A stretch of 51,941 nucleotides of DNA from Patescibacteria group bacterium (GTDB taxonomy: Bacteria > Patescibacteriota > Patescibacteriia > Patescibacteriales > JAQVLT01). Each line of letters opens with the position of its first letter. The first letter of the stretch is position 1. The notes beneath the pieces were generated by a model that did not search any database, was not told where the DNA came from, and saw only the letters and a program-made list of their open reading frames with translations. A program made the translations under genes and the position numbers. Of the stretch, positions 35,949 through 45,387 are shown piece by piece. The DNA lies in assembly GCA_028704015.1 (NCBI GenBank), contig JAQVLT010000008.1:1-51941 (forward strand), given 5' to 3'.

Positions 35949-36506
35949 ATGTTTTTAGATTTTGCCTTCGGAATTATAACTTCAATTTTAACAAGCTATT
36001 ATTGCCAAACGGCTTTGACGCCTTTGCTTTATTATTGCGTGTTATTTTCCATTTTGCCGGATTTGGATTTTATTATTTATAAAATTTTTAAGATCAAGCA
36101 AGACAAAGGTTATAAACATCGGGATTTGTTTCACTACCCCTTGCTTTATCTGCCGCTGGGCGGATTATTATTAATATTGTTCAATAAAATTTTGTTTTGG
36201 CCTTTTTTGATAATTTCTTTTTTTCATTTCATGCACGACAGCATAATGTATGGCCGCGGCGTTAAGTGGCTGTTTCCTTTTTCCGAAAATTCTTACGCTT
36301 TTATTTATGAATATTCCCGAGTGAAGAAATGGGGATTGTGGCAATGGGTGTTTGTCTTTAATGAAAAAAATTTAGAGCAATGGGACGAAGAGCACGGCGA
36401 CGAGGATTGGATCCAAAATATTTATTACGCTCATCATCCCATCGCGATTATTGAATTCGGCGCTTTCACGGTTTCTTTAATATTATTATTTTGGTATTTG
36501 GCATAA
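35949..36506 (+). CDS. Membrane-bound metal-dependent hydrolase (YdjM/DUF457-like)
   Basis: SILPDLD, HRDLFHYP, HFMHD..G..WLFPF. Confidence 0.8.
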   Translation: MFLDFAFGIITSILTSYYCQTALTPLLYYCVLFSILPDLDFIIYKIFKIKQDKGYKHRDLFHYPLLYLPLGGLLLILFNKILFWPFLIISFFHFMHDSIMYGRGVKWLFPFSENSYAFIYEYSRVKKWGLWQWVFVFNEKNLEQWDEEHGDEDWIQNIYYAHHPIAIIEFGAFTVSLILLFWYLA

Positions 36507-36585
36507 TTTTTTACGTGCCGCGGTTATTGGCGAATAGATTTTTTGGAGAAGTTAAACTTATGATACCGCCATTTACGGCGGTCTT

Positions 36586-37185
36586 TTATATTTTTTTCTT
36601 TTTTCCCATTTCCTCTTTCAATTCATTCAGCCAGCTTATTAATAATGGATCGGTTATTTTTTTCTCGTCATAATCAATAAAATCTCTCGCCAATACGCCT
36701 TTTTCGCCGCCGTTTTCATATTCCCAGGCTTTTTGCATTGCTTGTAATTTATCCAATTGTTTAGCAATTTGCGCTTCCGGCGTTTTTCCTTCTTCAAATT
36801 CTTTCCAGAGATCAAGGATAATTTGACCTTCCGGGCCAAGCTTTGAGCAAACTATTGTTAGCGCGGTGATTTCGTTAGCATATTTATCTTGCAACATTTT
36901 TTGTCTTATATTTTTGTCAGCGTTTGCAGTTACAATGTCGCCGATTAAATTTTCCGGCCAATCATGTATTTGCAGCATACGTTTAAGTTTTTTTTCGTCC
37001 AGTTCCTTTCTGACTTGACAAACTTTATCCGCCAAAGCGACTAAGCTGTCAGAATGCTCACCGACTGTTTCCGGATTTTTTACGCCTCTTCGCACCCATC
37101 CGGTCCTCGACAGCTTGAACAAGCCGTCTACGACTTTTAAAGCTCTATCAAAAACTTCTTCTTTTATTCCAAAAATTTTTTCCAT
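36586..37185 (-). CDS. HD-domain phosphohydrolase (HDDC2/YfbR-like 5'-deoxynucleotidase)
   Basis: RTGW..ETVGEHS..IHDWPE..GDI..LWKEFEEGKTPEA..QLDKL. Confidence 0.87.
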   Translation of the reverse strand: MEKIFGIKEEVFDRALKVVDGLFKLSRTGWVRRGVKNPETVGEHSDSLVALADKVCQVRKELDEKKLKRMLQIHDWPENLIGDIVTANADKNIRQKMLQDKYANEITALTIVCSKLGPEGQIILDLWKEFEEGKTPEAQIAKQLDKLQAMQKAWEYENGGEKGVLARDFIDYDEKKITDPLLISWLNELKEEMGKKKKI

Positions 37186-37403
37186 ATTTTTTAAGTTTGT
37201 TGGTGTATTTGATTTTATTATAAAAGATATTTTTGTACAGGTAAATGGTTATGAATATTGTTGCCGGATAGATTATAAATATGTTCAGGCTTATTTTGTC
37301 CAACTTTGCTGCCCAAAATATGCTGGACTACACAAAGTTTACAAACGCTAAAATTATTGATAAAATAAGAGTTATTATTAAATAAGAACAATGTTTTAAA
37401 AAT

Positions 37404-39332
37404 ATGGATACCAACAAAAAGGTTTTGAAAAAGCCTTTTAATTTGTTGTTAGTAATCGGCGCCTTGGGCGTCGTTTTTGGCGATATTGGCACCTCGCCTT
37501 TATATGCTTTGAAAGAAACTTTTTTTGGCCTTCATCCTCTGGCGCGCAATGCTGATAATGTGTTGGGAGTTCTGTCTCTGATTTTTTGGACACTGATGAT
37601 CGTAGTTACAATTAAATATATTTATTTGATTATGCGGGCTGACAATAAAGGCGAAGGCGGTATTTTCGCTTTGTTGGCTCTATTGCGGCAAAACGGAGTC
37701 AAAAAGATTTTGGGCTTGAGCGTGACAGTTGTAATTTTGGTGGGCGCGACTTTGCTTTACGGTGATGGCATTATTACGCCGGCGATATCTGTCTTGTCGG
37801 CCGTAGAAGGTTTCAAGGTTTTTTCGCCTAATTTTTCAAAGTTTATTGTTCCGTTGACTGTTTTGATTTTGATCGCCTTATTTTCCATTCAAAAAAAAGG
37901 TACAAGCAAGGTCGGAAAATTATTCGGTCCGATTATGATTTTATGGTTTGTGACGTTAATCTTTCTTGGCTTGCCGAAAATTATTGAATACCCCCAAGTT
38001 TTAAATGAGCTTAATCCGATTTTTGTTCTTAAATTTATATATCTACACCAGTGGTTTACTTTTTTTGTTTTGAGTTCGGTCGCGCTTTGTATTACCGGTT
38101 GCGAAGCTCTTTATGCCGACATGGGGCATTTTAATCGGCAAGTAATCACTTGGGCTTGGACAGTCTTGGTGTATCCCGCTTTGATAATCAATTATTTCGG
38201 CCAGGGCGCCTTGCTTTTGTCGGGCGCCGATATTCCGGATAATAATATTTTTTATGCATTGGCGCCACAATGGGCTTTCTTAGGCGTGGTTATTTTAGCC
38301 ACTGTAGCAACTATTATTGCCAGCCAAGCTCTCATATCTGGCGTCTATTCTCTGACCAGCCAGGCGATTGGCTTGGGATTATTTCCCAAAATTAATATTA
38401 TTCACACCAATCCGGACAGAGAAGGGCAGATTTATATTCCATTTATCAATAAAATTTTGGCAGTCGGCTGTATCGCCTTGGTTTTGATATTCCACTCTTC
38501 CAATGGTTTGGCCGCGGCTTATGGCATCGCGGTTACTGGCACTATGGTTATTACCACTTTGGTTTTTTATTTGATTGTCCGCTATTTGTGGAAATGGTCT
38601 TGGTGGATGATTACTTTGGTTTTTTCATTTTTGCTTATTTTTGATTTGTCTTTTTTTTCTGGGACGATGTTGAAAATTTGGCAGGGGGGCTATATCCCAA
38701 TCGTAATTGCCGCTGTTCTATTTTTAATTATGTCCACTTGGGATTGGGGGAGAAAATTGTCGCACGCTGCCCGCGAATCTTTGTCCGGACTTTCAGTGGC
38801 GGAACTTGCCAAATTTAAATTCGAGGATCGTGAAAATTCAATTAACCGTTCAATCGTTGTTATGTCCTCAAGGCCAATAGCGGAAATTAACGACCGCATT
38901 CCGGCCGCTCTTAATTTTTTCTTTTCCAAATGGGGGTTGCTGATTCCCAAGCATATTATTTTTTTAAACGTGACTTTTTCAAATATGCCGCATGTAAAAA
39001 AAGAAGATAGATATAAAATTACCGTTTTTCAGGACGATGCGAAGAGGGGAAGCATTATTTCCATTCAGGCTTTTTATGGCTACATGCAAAGGCCGGATGT
39101 TAGACGATTGCTGATTGAATTGAAAGATGAAGGAAAAATCAGAATTCCTTCGGAAGCGGAAAAATGGCTGGTGCTGGTCGCCGCGGATCGATTTATTACC
39201 AGGCCGAAAAATATTTTCAAACGGTTGCGGATCAGTTTGCTGGATTTTATGGTGCGTTACGCCAAGCCGATAACCGATTATTACGGTTTGGGCTATGACA
39301 ACAAGGTGGACGTGGAAATCATTAATATTTAA
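37404..39332 (+). CDS. kup: KUP/HAK/KT potassium transporter
   Basis: VVFGDIGTSPLYA, GEGGIFAL, YGDGIITPAISVLSAVEG, EALYADMGHF, AYGIAV. Confidence 0.96.
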   Translation: MDTNKKVLKKPFNLLLVIGALGVVFGDIGTSPLYALKETFFGLHPLARNADNVLGVLSLIFWTLMIVVTIKYIYLIMRADNKGEGGIFALLALLRQNGVKKILGLSVTVVILVGATLLYGDGIITPAISVLSAVEGFKVFSPNFSKFIVPLTVLILIALFSIQKKGTSKVGKLFGPIMILWFVTLIFLGLPKIIEYPQVLNELNPIFVLKFIYLHQWFTFFVLSSVALCITGCEALYADMGHFNRQVITWAWTVLVYPALIINYFGQGALLLSGADIPDNNIFYALAPQWAFLGVVILATVATIIASQALISGVYSLTSQAIGLGLFPKINIIHTNPDREGQIYIPFINKILAVGCIALVLIFHSSNGLAAAYGIAVTGTMVITTLVFYLIVRYLWKWSWWMITLVFSFLLIFDLSFFSGTMLKIWQGGYIPIVIAAVLFLIMSTWDWGRKLSHAARESLSGLSVAELAKFKFEDRENSINRSIVVMSSRPIAEINDRIPAALNFFFSKWGLLIPKHIIFLNVTFSNMPHVKKEDRYKITVFQDDAKRGSIISIQAFYGYMQRPDVRRLLIELKDEGKIRIPSEAEKWLVLVAADRFITRPKNIFKRLRISLLDFMVRYAKPITDYYGLGYDNKVDVEIINI

Positions 39333-39440
39333 TTAGGCGAGATAAAATTACTAATTATTTAGATTTTTTGCTATAATATAAATAACTAATAATTAATTAA
39401 TTTGCATGTCCTCGCAGTTATGCCTTCGGCAGCCCCGCTA

Positions 39441-39458
39441 CCTGCCTGCGCAGGCAGG
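39441..39458. repeat. Perfect 18-bp palindrome CCTGCCTGCGCAGGCAGG in the cupin leader
   Basis: Self-complementary; same family as 34595-34614. Confidence 0.85.
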
Positions 39459-39504
39459 CAAATGGGGTACATCCGAATGCGCGGGTTTGCGAAGCAAATA
39501 ACTT

Positions 39505-39903
39505 ATGAAAGGATTCAACATTAACATTGAAAAGGCGACTTTGGAAAATACAAATTTTCGCCAAGTGCTTTATACAGGCAAACACAGCCAATTAGTGCTT
39601 ATGAGTTTAAAACCAAATGAGGAGATTGGCATGGAAGTGCACGAAGAAAACGACCAATTCTTTCGTTTTGAAAAAGGGCAAGGAAAATGCATTATTGACG
39701 GTAATGAGTATGAGCTTGGCGACGGCGTGGCAATAGTAGTGCCAGTTGGCGCTCAGCACAATATTATTAATACTTCCGCCACTGAAGATTTGAAACTTTA
39801 TACCATTTATTCCCCGGCACATCATCAGGACGGCGTGGTTCGAGCTACAAAAGCCGAGGCAGAAGCCAACGGCCCGGAATTTGATGGCGTAACAACTGAG
39901 TAA
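39505..39903 (+). CDS. Cupin domain protein
   Basis: EIGMEVH..DQFF..G and PVGAQHNIIN cupin motifs. Confidence 0.9.
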   Translation: MKGFNINIEKATLENTNFRQVLYTGKHSQLVLMSLKPNEEIGMEVHEENDQFFRFEKGQGKCIIDGNEYELGDGVAIVVPVGAQHNIINTSATEDLKLYTIYSPAHHQDGVVRATKAEAEANGPEFDGVTTE

Positions 39904-39921
39904 ATTTAAGATTATTTATAT

Positions 39922-39953
39922 AAATAAAAGCAGATCAAGGTCTGCTTTTATTT
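39922..39953 (+). terminator. Intrinsic terminator
   Basis: aaataaaagcagat..gtctgcttttattt. Confidence 0.75.
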
Positions 39954-40094
39954 TGAGAATTATTTTATATTTTTTGGTTCTTGTCATATCTTGTAATTTT
40001 TGTTATAGTTTAATCTACGTTTTTTGGTTCTAATAAATAGAACTGCATAATAACAAAATTTGTAATTTTTAATTCTAAATTTGTAATTTAAAAT

Positions 40095-41546
40095 ATGCCC
40101 GAAGAAGTAATACTTAGATTTGATGAAGTAACATTTGAATATCTGCACAAGAAGCCAATTTTGGATGAGGCCAGTTTTAGTGTGCGCAAGGGTGCTAAAA
40201 TCACGCTTATGGGCCAGAATGGCGCGGGCAAAAGCACGATATTCAATTTGATTGAAAAAAAGATTGAACCAAAGAGTGGAAGAATTTCTATTACCAATAA
40301 TGCGACTATTGGTACGGCTCGGCAAACTGTTGATCGCGCGGATTTTGATTTGGATGTTGAGAATTATTTTGCCAAAGCTTTTGAAATAGTGCCGGGCAAT
40401 TTGAAAAGCAAAATCAGCAAGGCGATGAACGCGGTTAATCTTGATTTACCGATTGATCGGAGAGTGGGGGATTTGTCGGGCGGCCAGCAGGCCAGGTTGC
40501 TTTTGGCTTATGCCTTAATCCAGGCGCCGGATATTTTACTTTTGGATGAGCCGACTAACAATCTAGACAAAGCGGGCATTGATCATTTGATTGAATTTTT
40601 AGTAATGTACGAGAAAACCGTGATCGTGATTTCGCACGATGCCGATTTTTTGAATTGTTTTACCGAAGGCGTTATTTATCTTGACGTGTTTACGCACAAA
40701 ACCGAAGTTTACGTTGGTGATTATTATTCAGTAGTTGAAGAGATAAATAGCAGAATTGAAAGAGAGATTAAGAAAAACGCTCAGTTGGAAAAACGAATTA
40801 AGGATCGCAAAGAGAAGGCAAACTTTTTCGCTTATAAAGGCGGCAAGATGCGCAAGTTGGCCAAAAAAATGCGCGATGAGACGGAAGAGCTGGAGGATAA
40901 CATGGTGGAAGTGCGTCGCGAAGATAAAACTATCAAAGATTTTACTATTCCTGAACAAGACATCGTGGGAAATATAGTCACGATTAATTCTATAAAAACA
41001 ATCCAAAATCACGAGCCGGTGATTAGAAAGACGGAAAAAATTTTGCGCAAAGGAACACACATGCTGGTTTCCGGTCCCAATGGAATCGGCAAAAGCACTT
41101 TTTTAAGATCGTTGGTTTCAGGGAAAAATGAAGGCGCCAAAATTTTGGACGGTGTTACTATCGGTTATTACAGCCAGGATTTTTCCACTCTTAATTTTGC
41201 CGATACGGTTTTTGATTCGCTTCATAATATTTTGGCAAATGGCATTGGCGAGCAGGAAATGCGCGCGGTGGCTGCCGGTTTTTTGATCACCGGAGATCTA
41301 ATGGACAATCCCGTGGCGGCCTTGTCAGAAGGCCAAAAAGGACTCTTGTCTTTTGCTCGTTTGTTGTTAATGCGGCCGGGGCTTTTGATTCTTGACGAGC
41401 CGACTAACCATATAAATTTTAGGCATATTCCGGTGATTGCCGAAGCAATAAATAATTATAAGGGCGCTATGATTTTAGTTAGCCACATGGAAGACTTCGT
41501 AAAAGAAATAAAGATAGATGAATTTTTAGACTTAGGAAAGGTATAA
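40095..41546 (+). CDS. ABC-F family ATPase
   Basis: Two NBDs (GQNGAGKS/LSGGQ/LLLDEPTN and GPNGIGKST/LSEGQ/ILDEPTN), helical linker, no TM segments. Confidence 0.93.
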   Translation: MPEEVILRFDEVTFEYLHKKPILDEASFSVRKGAKITLMGQNGAGKSTIFNLIEKKIEPKSGRISITNNATIGTARQTVDRADFDLDVENYFAKAFEIVPGNLKSKISKAMNAVNLDLPIDRRVGDLSGGQQARLLLAYALIQAPDILLLDEPTNNLDKAGIDHLIEFLVMYEKTVIVISHDADFLNCFTEGVIYLDVFTHKTEVYVGDYYSVVEEINSRIEREIKKNAQLEKRIKDRKEKANFFAYKGGKMRKLAKKMRDETEELEDNMVEVRREDKTIKDFTIPEQDIVGNIVTINSIKTIQNHEPVIRKTEKILRKGTHMLVSGPNGIGKSTFLRSLVSGKNEGAKILDGVTIGYYSQDFSTLNFADTVFDSLHNILANGIGEQEMRAVAAGFLITGDLMDNPVAALSEGQKGLLSFARLLLMRPGLLILDEPTNHINFRHIPVIAEAINNYKGAMILVSHMEDFVKEIKIDEFLDLGKV

Positions 41547-41569
41547 TATTTATTTGATAGTATTAATAG

Positions 41570-41600
41570 AACTCATTGCGTTTGCAAAATGAGTTTTATT
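41570..41600 (+). terminator. Intrinsic terminator
   Basis: aactcatt..aatgagtt followed by a T-rich tract. Confidence 0.65.
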
Positions 41601-41642
41601 TTTTTCTAAAAAATGTTAATATTATCAAAGAAGAGTTTTATT

Positions 41643-42932
41643 ATGAAAATAACTAAAAAAATTAAAAAATTTTTTAAGATTTTAGGTCCAGGCGTAATAA
41701 CCGGCGCGGCCGATGACGACCCATCCGGCATTGCCACCTATACGCAAACCGGCGCGCAGTTCGGCTATGGCCAGTTGTGGGCGGCGTTATTTACGTTCCC
41801 GCTGATGACGGCGACTCAAGAAGCCTGCGCCAGGATTGGCGCTGTCACCGGCAAGGGGATTGCCGCGGTTATCAAAGAAAACTACAGCAAAAAAATATTA
41901 TATTTTGTTGTGCTTTTGGTTCTTGTGGCCAATACGATAAATATAGGCGCGAATATTGGCGCGGTAGCTGCGGCGATTCAATTGGTTATTCCCGTAAATT
42001 TCGTAGTAATTACTTTATTATTTACCGCCTTAATTTTAATACTGGAAGTATTTTTGTCTTATCGGAAATATTCCCGCGTTTTAAAATTTTTAACCCTATC
42101 GCTCTTGGCTTATCCGATTACGGTTTTTTTAGTTAAACAGCCATGGATAGAGCTGCTACGCGCTACTTTTATTCCGCATATTGAATTAAGCTTTGCTTTC
42201 TTTTTCATCATCACTGGCGTTTTAGGCACCACGATTTCGCCTTATATGTTTTTCTGGCAGGCCTCAGAAGAAGTAGAAGAAGAAAAGGCAAAGCACATGA
42301 TAAAAAATGGCAAGCCAAAAATCACCAAGAGTTTTATGCGTAATCTGCGTTGGGATAATTTTTTCGGCATGCTTTTCTCCAATTTAACCACATGGTGTAT
42401 TATTGTTGTGGCCGCTACTGTTCTTCATGGCAATGGAGTAACTGACGTAAAAACTGCGGCGGACGCGGCGCGCGCCCTTGAACCGCTAGTACAAACATTT
42501 CCGAACGCCGGTCTTCTTGCTAAGATTATTTTTTCCATAGGTATAATCGGATTGGGACTTTTGGCGATTCCCGTATTATCTGGCTCGGCATCTTATGCCA
42601 TTTCCGAAGCATTGAGTTGGCGTGAGGGATTGAACTTGAAATTCAAACGCGCACATGGATTTTATGGCGTAATTACAATTGCCACTTTGATTGGGCTGGT
42701 AATTAATTTTGTCGGCATTGATCCGATTAAAGCCTTGATTTTTGCCGCCGTCTTCAACGGAGTCGCGGCCGTGCCTCTAATTTTTATTATCGCACGTATT
42801 GGCAGCAGTAAAAAAATAATGGGCGAATACAAAAGCAAATTTATTTCCAAAATATTGGTTTGGATTACATTTGCAGTTATGGCGTTGGCCGCAATTGCTA
42901 TGTTCTTAACTATTGGCGGCGGAGGAATATAA
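41643..42932 (+). CDS. Nramp-like divalent metal cation transporter
   Basis: LGPGVITGAADDDPSGIATY, GTTISPYMFFWQ, about 11 TM helices. Confidence 0.9.
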   Translation: MKITKKIKKFFKILGPGVITGAADDDPSGIATYTQTGAQFGYGQLWAALFTFPLMTATQEACARIGAVTGKGIAAVIKENYSKKILYFVVLLVLVANTINIGANIGAVAAAIQLVIPVNFVVITLLFTALILILEVFLSYRKYSRVLKFLTLSLLAYPITVFLVKQPWIELLRATFIPHIELSFAFFFIITGVLGTTISPYMFFWQASEEVEEEKAKHMIKNGKPKITKSFMRNLRWDNFFGMLFSNLTTWCIIVVAATVLHGNGVTDVKTAADAARALEPLVQTFPNAGLLAKIIFSIGIIGLGLLAIPVLSGSASYAISEALSWREGLNLKFKRAHGFYGVITIATLIGLVINFVGIDPIKALIFAAVFNGVAAVPLIFIIARIGSSKKIMGEYKSKFISKILVWITFAVMALAAIAMFLTIGGGGI

Positions 42933-42960
42933 ATCTGTTTATAGAAATTAGATGAAATTC

Positions 42961-42988
42961 AAAAAATGCCTTAAATATGGCATTTTTT
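42961..42988 (+). terminator. Probable terminator
   Basis: aaaaaatgcc..ggcatttttt. Confidence 0.6.
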
Positions 42989-43080
42989 AAATAAGTTTGA
43001 AAGCAAAAAATTAAGTTGGCGTAATATAAATATAGGCATATAATAATATTAGGTGAAAAAATTCCTCTAAAATAATCAAT

Positions 43081-43659
43081 CTGCAAAATAATTTTATTAA
43101 TAAAACAGATGAAGAATTAGTTGCCTTGACCCTTGAAAATCAAGAGATTTTTGCATACTTAATTGATCGTTACCAAAGCAAATTAGCCAGATATATTAAA
43201 AGGTTAACAAACTATATTCCGGAAGAGGTAGAGGATCTGCTTCAGGATATTTTTATTAAAGTTTATAAAAATTTGAATAGCTTTGATCGGGATTTAAAAT
43301 TTTCTTCCTGGATCTATCGTATCGCTCATAATGAAGTTATTAGTAATTTTCGTCAGAAGAATCGCCGTCCTCATTGTTATCCCGGCGATGATAACGAGCG
43401 AGAATTAATAAATTTAGTATCAGAAATAAATATTGAAAAAGAAATAAATAATAAATTAACCAGAGAGAGTATCAAAAAGGTGATGGACGAGCTGGATGAA
43501 AAATATAGCGAGGTGCTAATTTTAAAATATTTTGAAGAGAAAAATTACGAGGAAATGTCAGATATTTTAGAGAAACCATTAGGAACAGTCGCGACGCTTT
43601 TAAATCGCGCCAAAAAAGAATTTAAGAAAGAACTAGAAAAAAATAATATAAAAATATGA
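43081..43659 (+). CDS. ECF RNA polymerase sigma factor; start probably CTG at 43081 (track: TTG at 43126)
   Basis: KFSSWIYRIAHN, YEEMSDILEKPLGTVATLLNRAK. The frame is open upstream through KTDEELVAL. Confidence 0.9.
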   Translation: MQNNFINKTDEELVALTLENQEIFAYLIDRYQSKLARYIKRLTNYIPEEVEDLLQDIFIKVYKNLNSFDRDLKFSSWIYRIAHNEVISNFRQKNRRPHCYPGDDNERELINLVSEINIEKEINNKLTRESIKKVMDELDEKYSEVLILKYFEEKNYEEMSDILEKPLGTVATLLNRAKKEFKKELEKNNIKI

Positions 43660-44477
43660 ACAAAAAAAATATTAGCCAGACAGTGTTGGACAAAATAAAA
43701 GAATATCATATCAAGCCGAGACCGCGCTGGGAATTTTTGTTAAAGAATTATTTTATTTGGAGCTTGGGAGCTTTTGCTTTGATTCTGGGCGGCTTGGCGG
43801 TTTCCGTAATAATTTTTATGTTTAGCGGCGATGACTGGAGAATGTTTAATGATTTTGAAGATGGAAAGCTTAATTTTATAGTTTTATTTTTGCCTTATTT
43901 TTGGTTGCTTTTTTTGGCATTATTTATATGGCTGGTTAACTACGATATTAAGCACACAGATAGGGGGTATAAATATAATATAAAAATTATTATCTCGGCT
44001 AGTATCGGCGCGAGTATTTTTTTGGGAATAATTTTATATGCCGCCGGTATGGGCAATGCGATTGATGATGTGTTGTCCAGAAGAGCGCCTTTTTATAAAC
44101 ATATTGTCAATCAGCAAATTCAGTTTTGGGCAGACCCTGAGAATGGCCGTTTGATCGGCGTTATAACCTCGGTGTCTGACAAAAATTTTAATTTAACCGA
44201 TCCCGAAGGAAGGATTTGGCAAGTTAACAATGAAAAAGCGCAGTTTATGTTTCCGGTGCACCTCTCAGAGGGCGAGAGGATAAAGCTAATTGGCGAGCAA
44301 ATTGAAAAAGATATTTTTGAAGCATTAAAAATTATGCCAATCGGGCCGGGACGCGGCTGTTTTGAAAATATGCAGCCGGGTGGTTGCGGACATAAACCAT
44401 TGCCTCCAAGAGAATTTAATTTAAGAATTCCTCTGCCAGCCGAAAGAAACTTTTTTATTGAACGTAATACTTTATAG
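43656..44477 (+). CDS. Membrane protein, putative anti-sigma factor
   Basis: Overlaps the sigma stop by 4 bp; three TM helices and an extracytoplasmic beta domain. Role inferred from position. Confidence 0.65.
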   Translation: MNKKNISQTVLDKIKEYHIKPRPRWEFLLKNYFIWSLGAFALILGGLAVSVIIFMFSGDDWRMFNDFEDGKLNFIVLFLPYFWLLFLALFIWLVNYDIKHTDRGYKYNIKIIISASIGASIFLGIILYAAGMGNAIDDVLSRRAPFYKHIVNQQIQFWADPENGRLIGVITSVSDKNFNLTDPEGRIWQVNNEKAQFMFPVHLSEGERIKLIGEQIEKDIFEALKIMPIGPGRGCFENMQPGGCGHKPLPPREFNLRIPLPAERNFFIERNTL

Positions 44478-44520
44478 AGAGGCCTCTTTGAGTAATTTAA
44501 TATTTAACAAAAATAATTAT

Positions 44521-44952
44521 ATGGATAATAAAAAAATAATCGCAGCCGGAGCGGTTTTAACCGCGGTAATTGCGGTTATGGGAATTGCCAGCATAACTTA
44601 TGCTGATACCGGCACCAGCACATTGAATAAATTTATTCCCGGTAATTGGAAAATAAATTCCGAAAAGCGCGATGCCGAGCAAAAAGCGTTTGTTAATAAT
44701 GACTATGATGCATGGAAAGCGCTGGTTGGAGATAACCCAGTTACCGAGAAAATAACAAAAGATAATTTTGCCAAATTTGTCGAAGCCCACCGTCTAATGT
44801 CAGAGGGAAAGTTTCAAGAAGCAAAAGTGATATTTGACGAGCTGGGAGTTAATCCGGGAGGCGGATTCGGTAAAATGCACAACAATCGTCATGGGCCACG
44901 TTTTGAAGATAAAAACAAAGATGGATTTTGCGATTATTTAGACAAGCAATAA
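44521..44952 (+). CDS. Small secreted helical protein with C-terminal EF-hand-like DKNKDG motif
   Basis: Signal peptide ending in TYA; NNDYDAWK..FAKFVEAH helices; FEDKNKDGFCD. Confidence 0.75.
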   Translation: MDNKKIIAAGAVLTAVIAVMGIASITYADTGTSTLNKFIPGNWKINSEKRDAEQKAFVNNDYDAWKALVGDNPVTEKITKDNFAKFVEAHRLMSEGKFQEAKVIFDELGVNPGGGFGKMHNNRHGPRFEDKNKDGFCDYLDKQ

Positions 44953-44971
44953 TTCGCATCTTCCTTAGAAC

Positions 44972-45009
44972 AATAAAACAGGTTTCTTCATTAAGAAGCC
45001 TGTTTTATT
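44972..45009 (+). terminator. Intrinsic terminator
   Basis: aataaaacaggtttctt-cat-taagaagcctgttttatt. Confidence 0.75.
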
Positions 45010-45066
45010 TTAAAATTAATTAAAATATGCTAAAATTAAGCCAGCTAATTATTTTAAACAAAAACT

Positions 45067-45381
45067 ATGTCAAACTCGAAATTAGTCAAGTTCGGCTTAC
45101 TCCATTCAACCTTGGCGTTAGCGTATATATTTTTGATTGCTTTATTTTTTAATAATGCTCAAAAAATGTTCGGTGACGGCAAAAACTTTTTTATTCCTAT
45201 ATTTATGCTTTTGCTTCTGGTGCTGTCAGTCGCGGTCATGGGCGTGCTTATTTTTGGCAAACCATTGATGCTTTATTTAGACGGCGCTAAAAAAGAGGGA
45301 GTCAAATTATTACTTTATACCATTGGTTTTTTGTTTATCATGACATTGGTGTCTTCAATAATTTTAATGATTATTAAATAA
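45067..45381 (+). CDS. Small membrane protein (3 TM)
   Basis: Hydrophobic 104-aa ORF. Confidence 0.75.
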   Translation: MSNSKLVKFGLLHSTLALAYIFLIALFFNNAQKMFGDGKNFFIPIFMLLLLVLSVAVMGVLIFGKPLMLYLDGAKKEGVKLLLYTIGFLFIMTLVSSIILMIIK

Positions 45382-45387
45382 ATTTTT

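Noticed and set aside
37186-37403. c-di-AMP (ydaO) riboswitch expected upstream of kup; ORF 37115-37351
   Set aside because: The region is AT-rich with no ydaO-like helices. The ORF overlaps the start of the opposite-strand HD gene and has no recognisable features.
39954-40094. Leader-peptide control of the ABC-F gene, as in antibiotic-resistance ABC-Fs
   Set aside because: No upstream ATG-initiated ORF or alternative hairpins were seen; the region is heptamer-like low-complexity DNA.
41547-41642. yybP-ykoY manganese riboswitch upstream of the Nramp-like gene
   Set aside because: Only a simple terminator hairpin is present and the space is too short.
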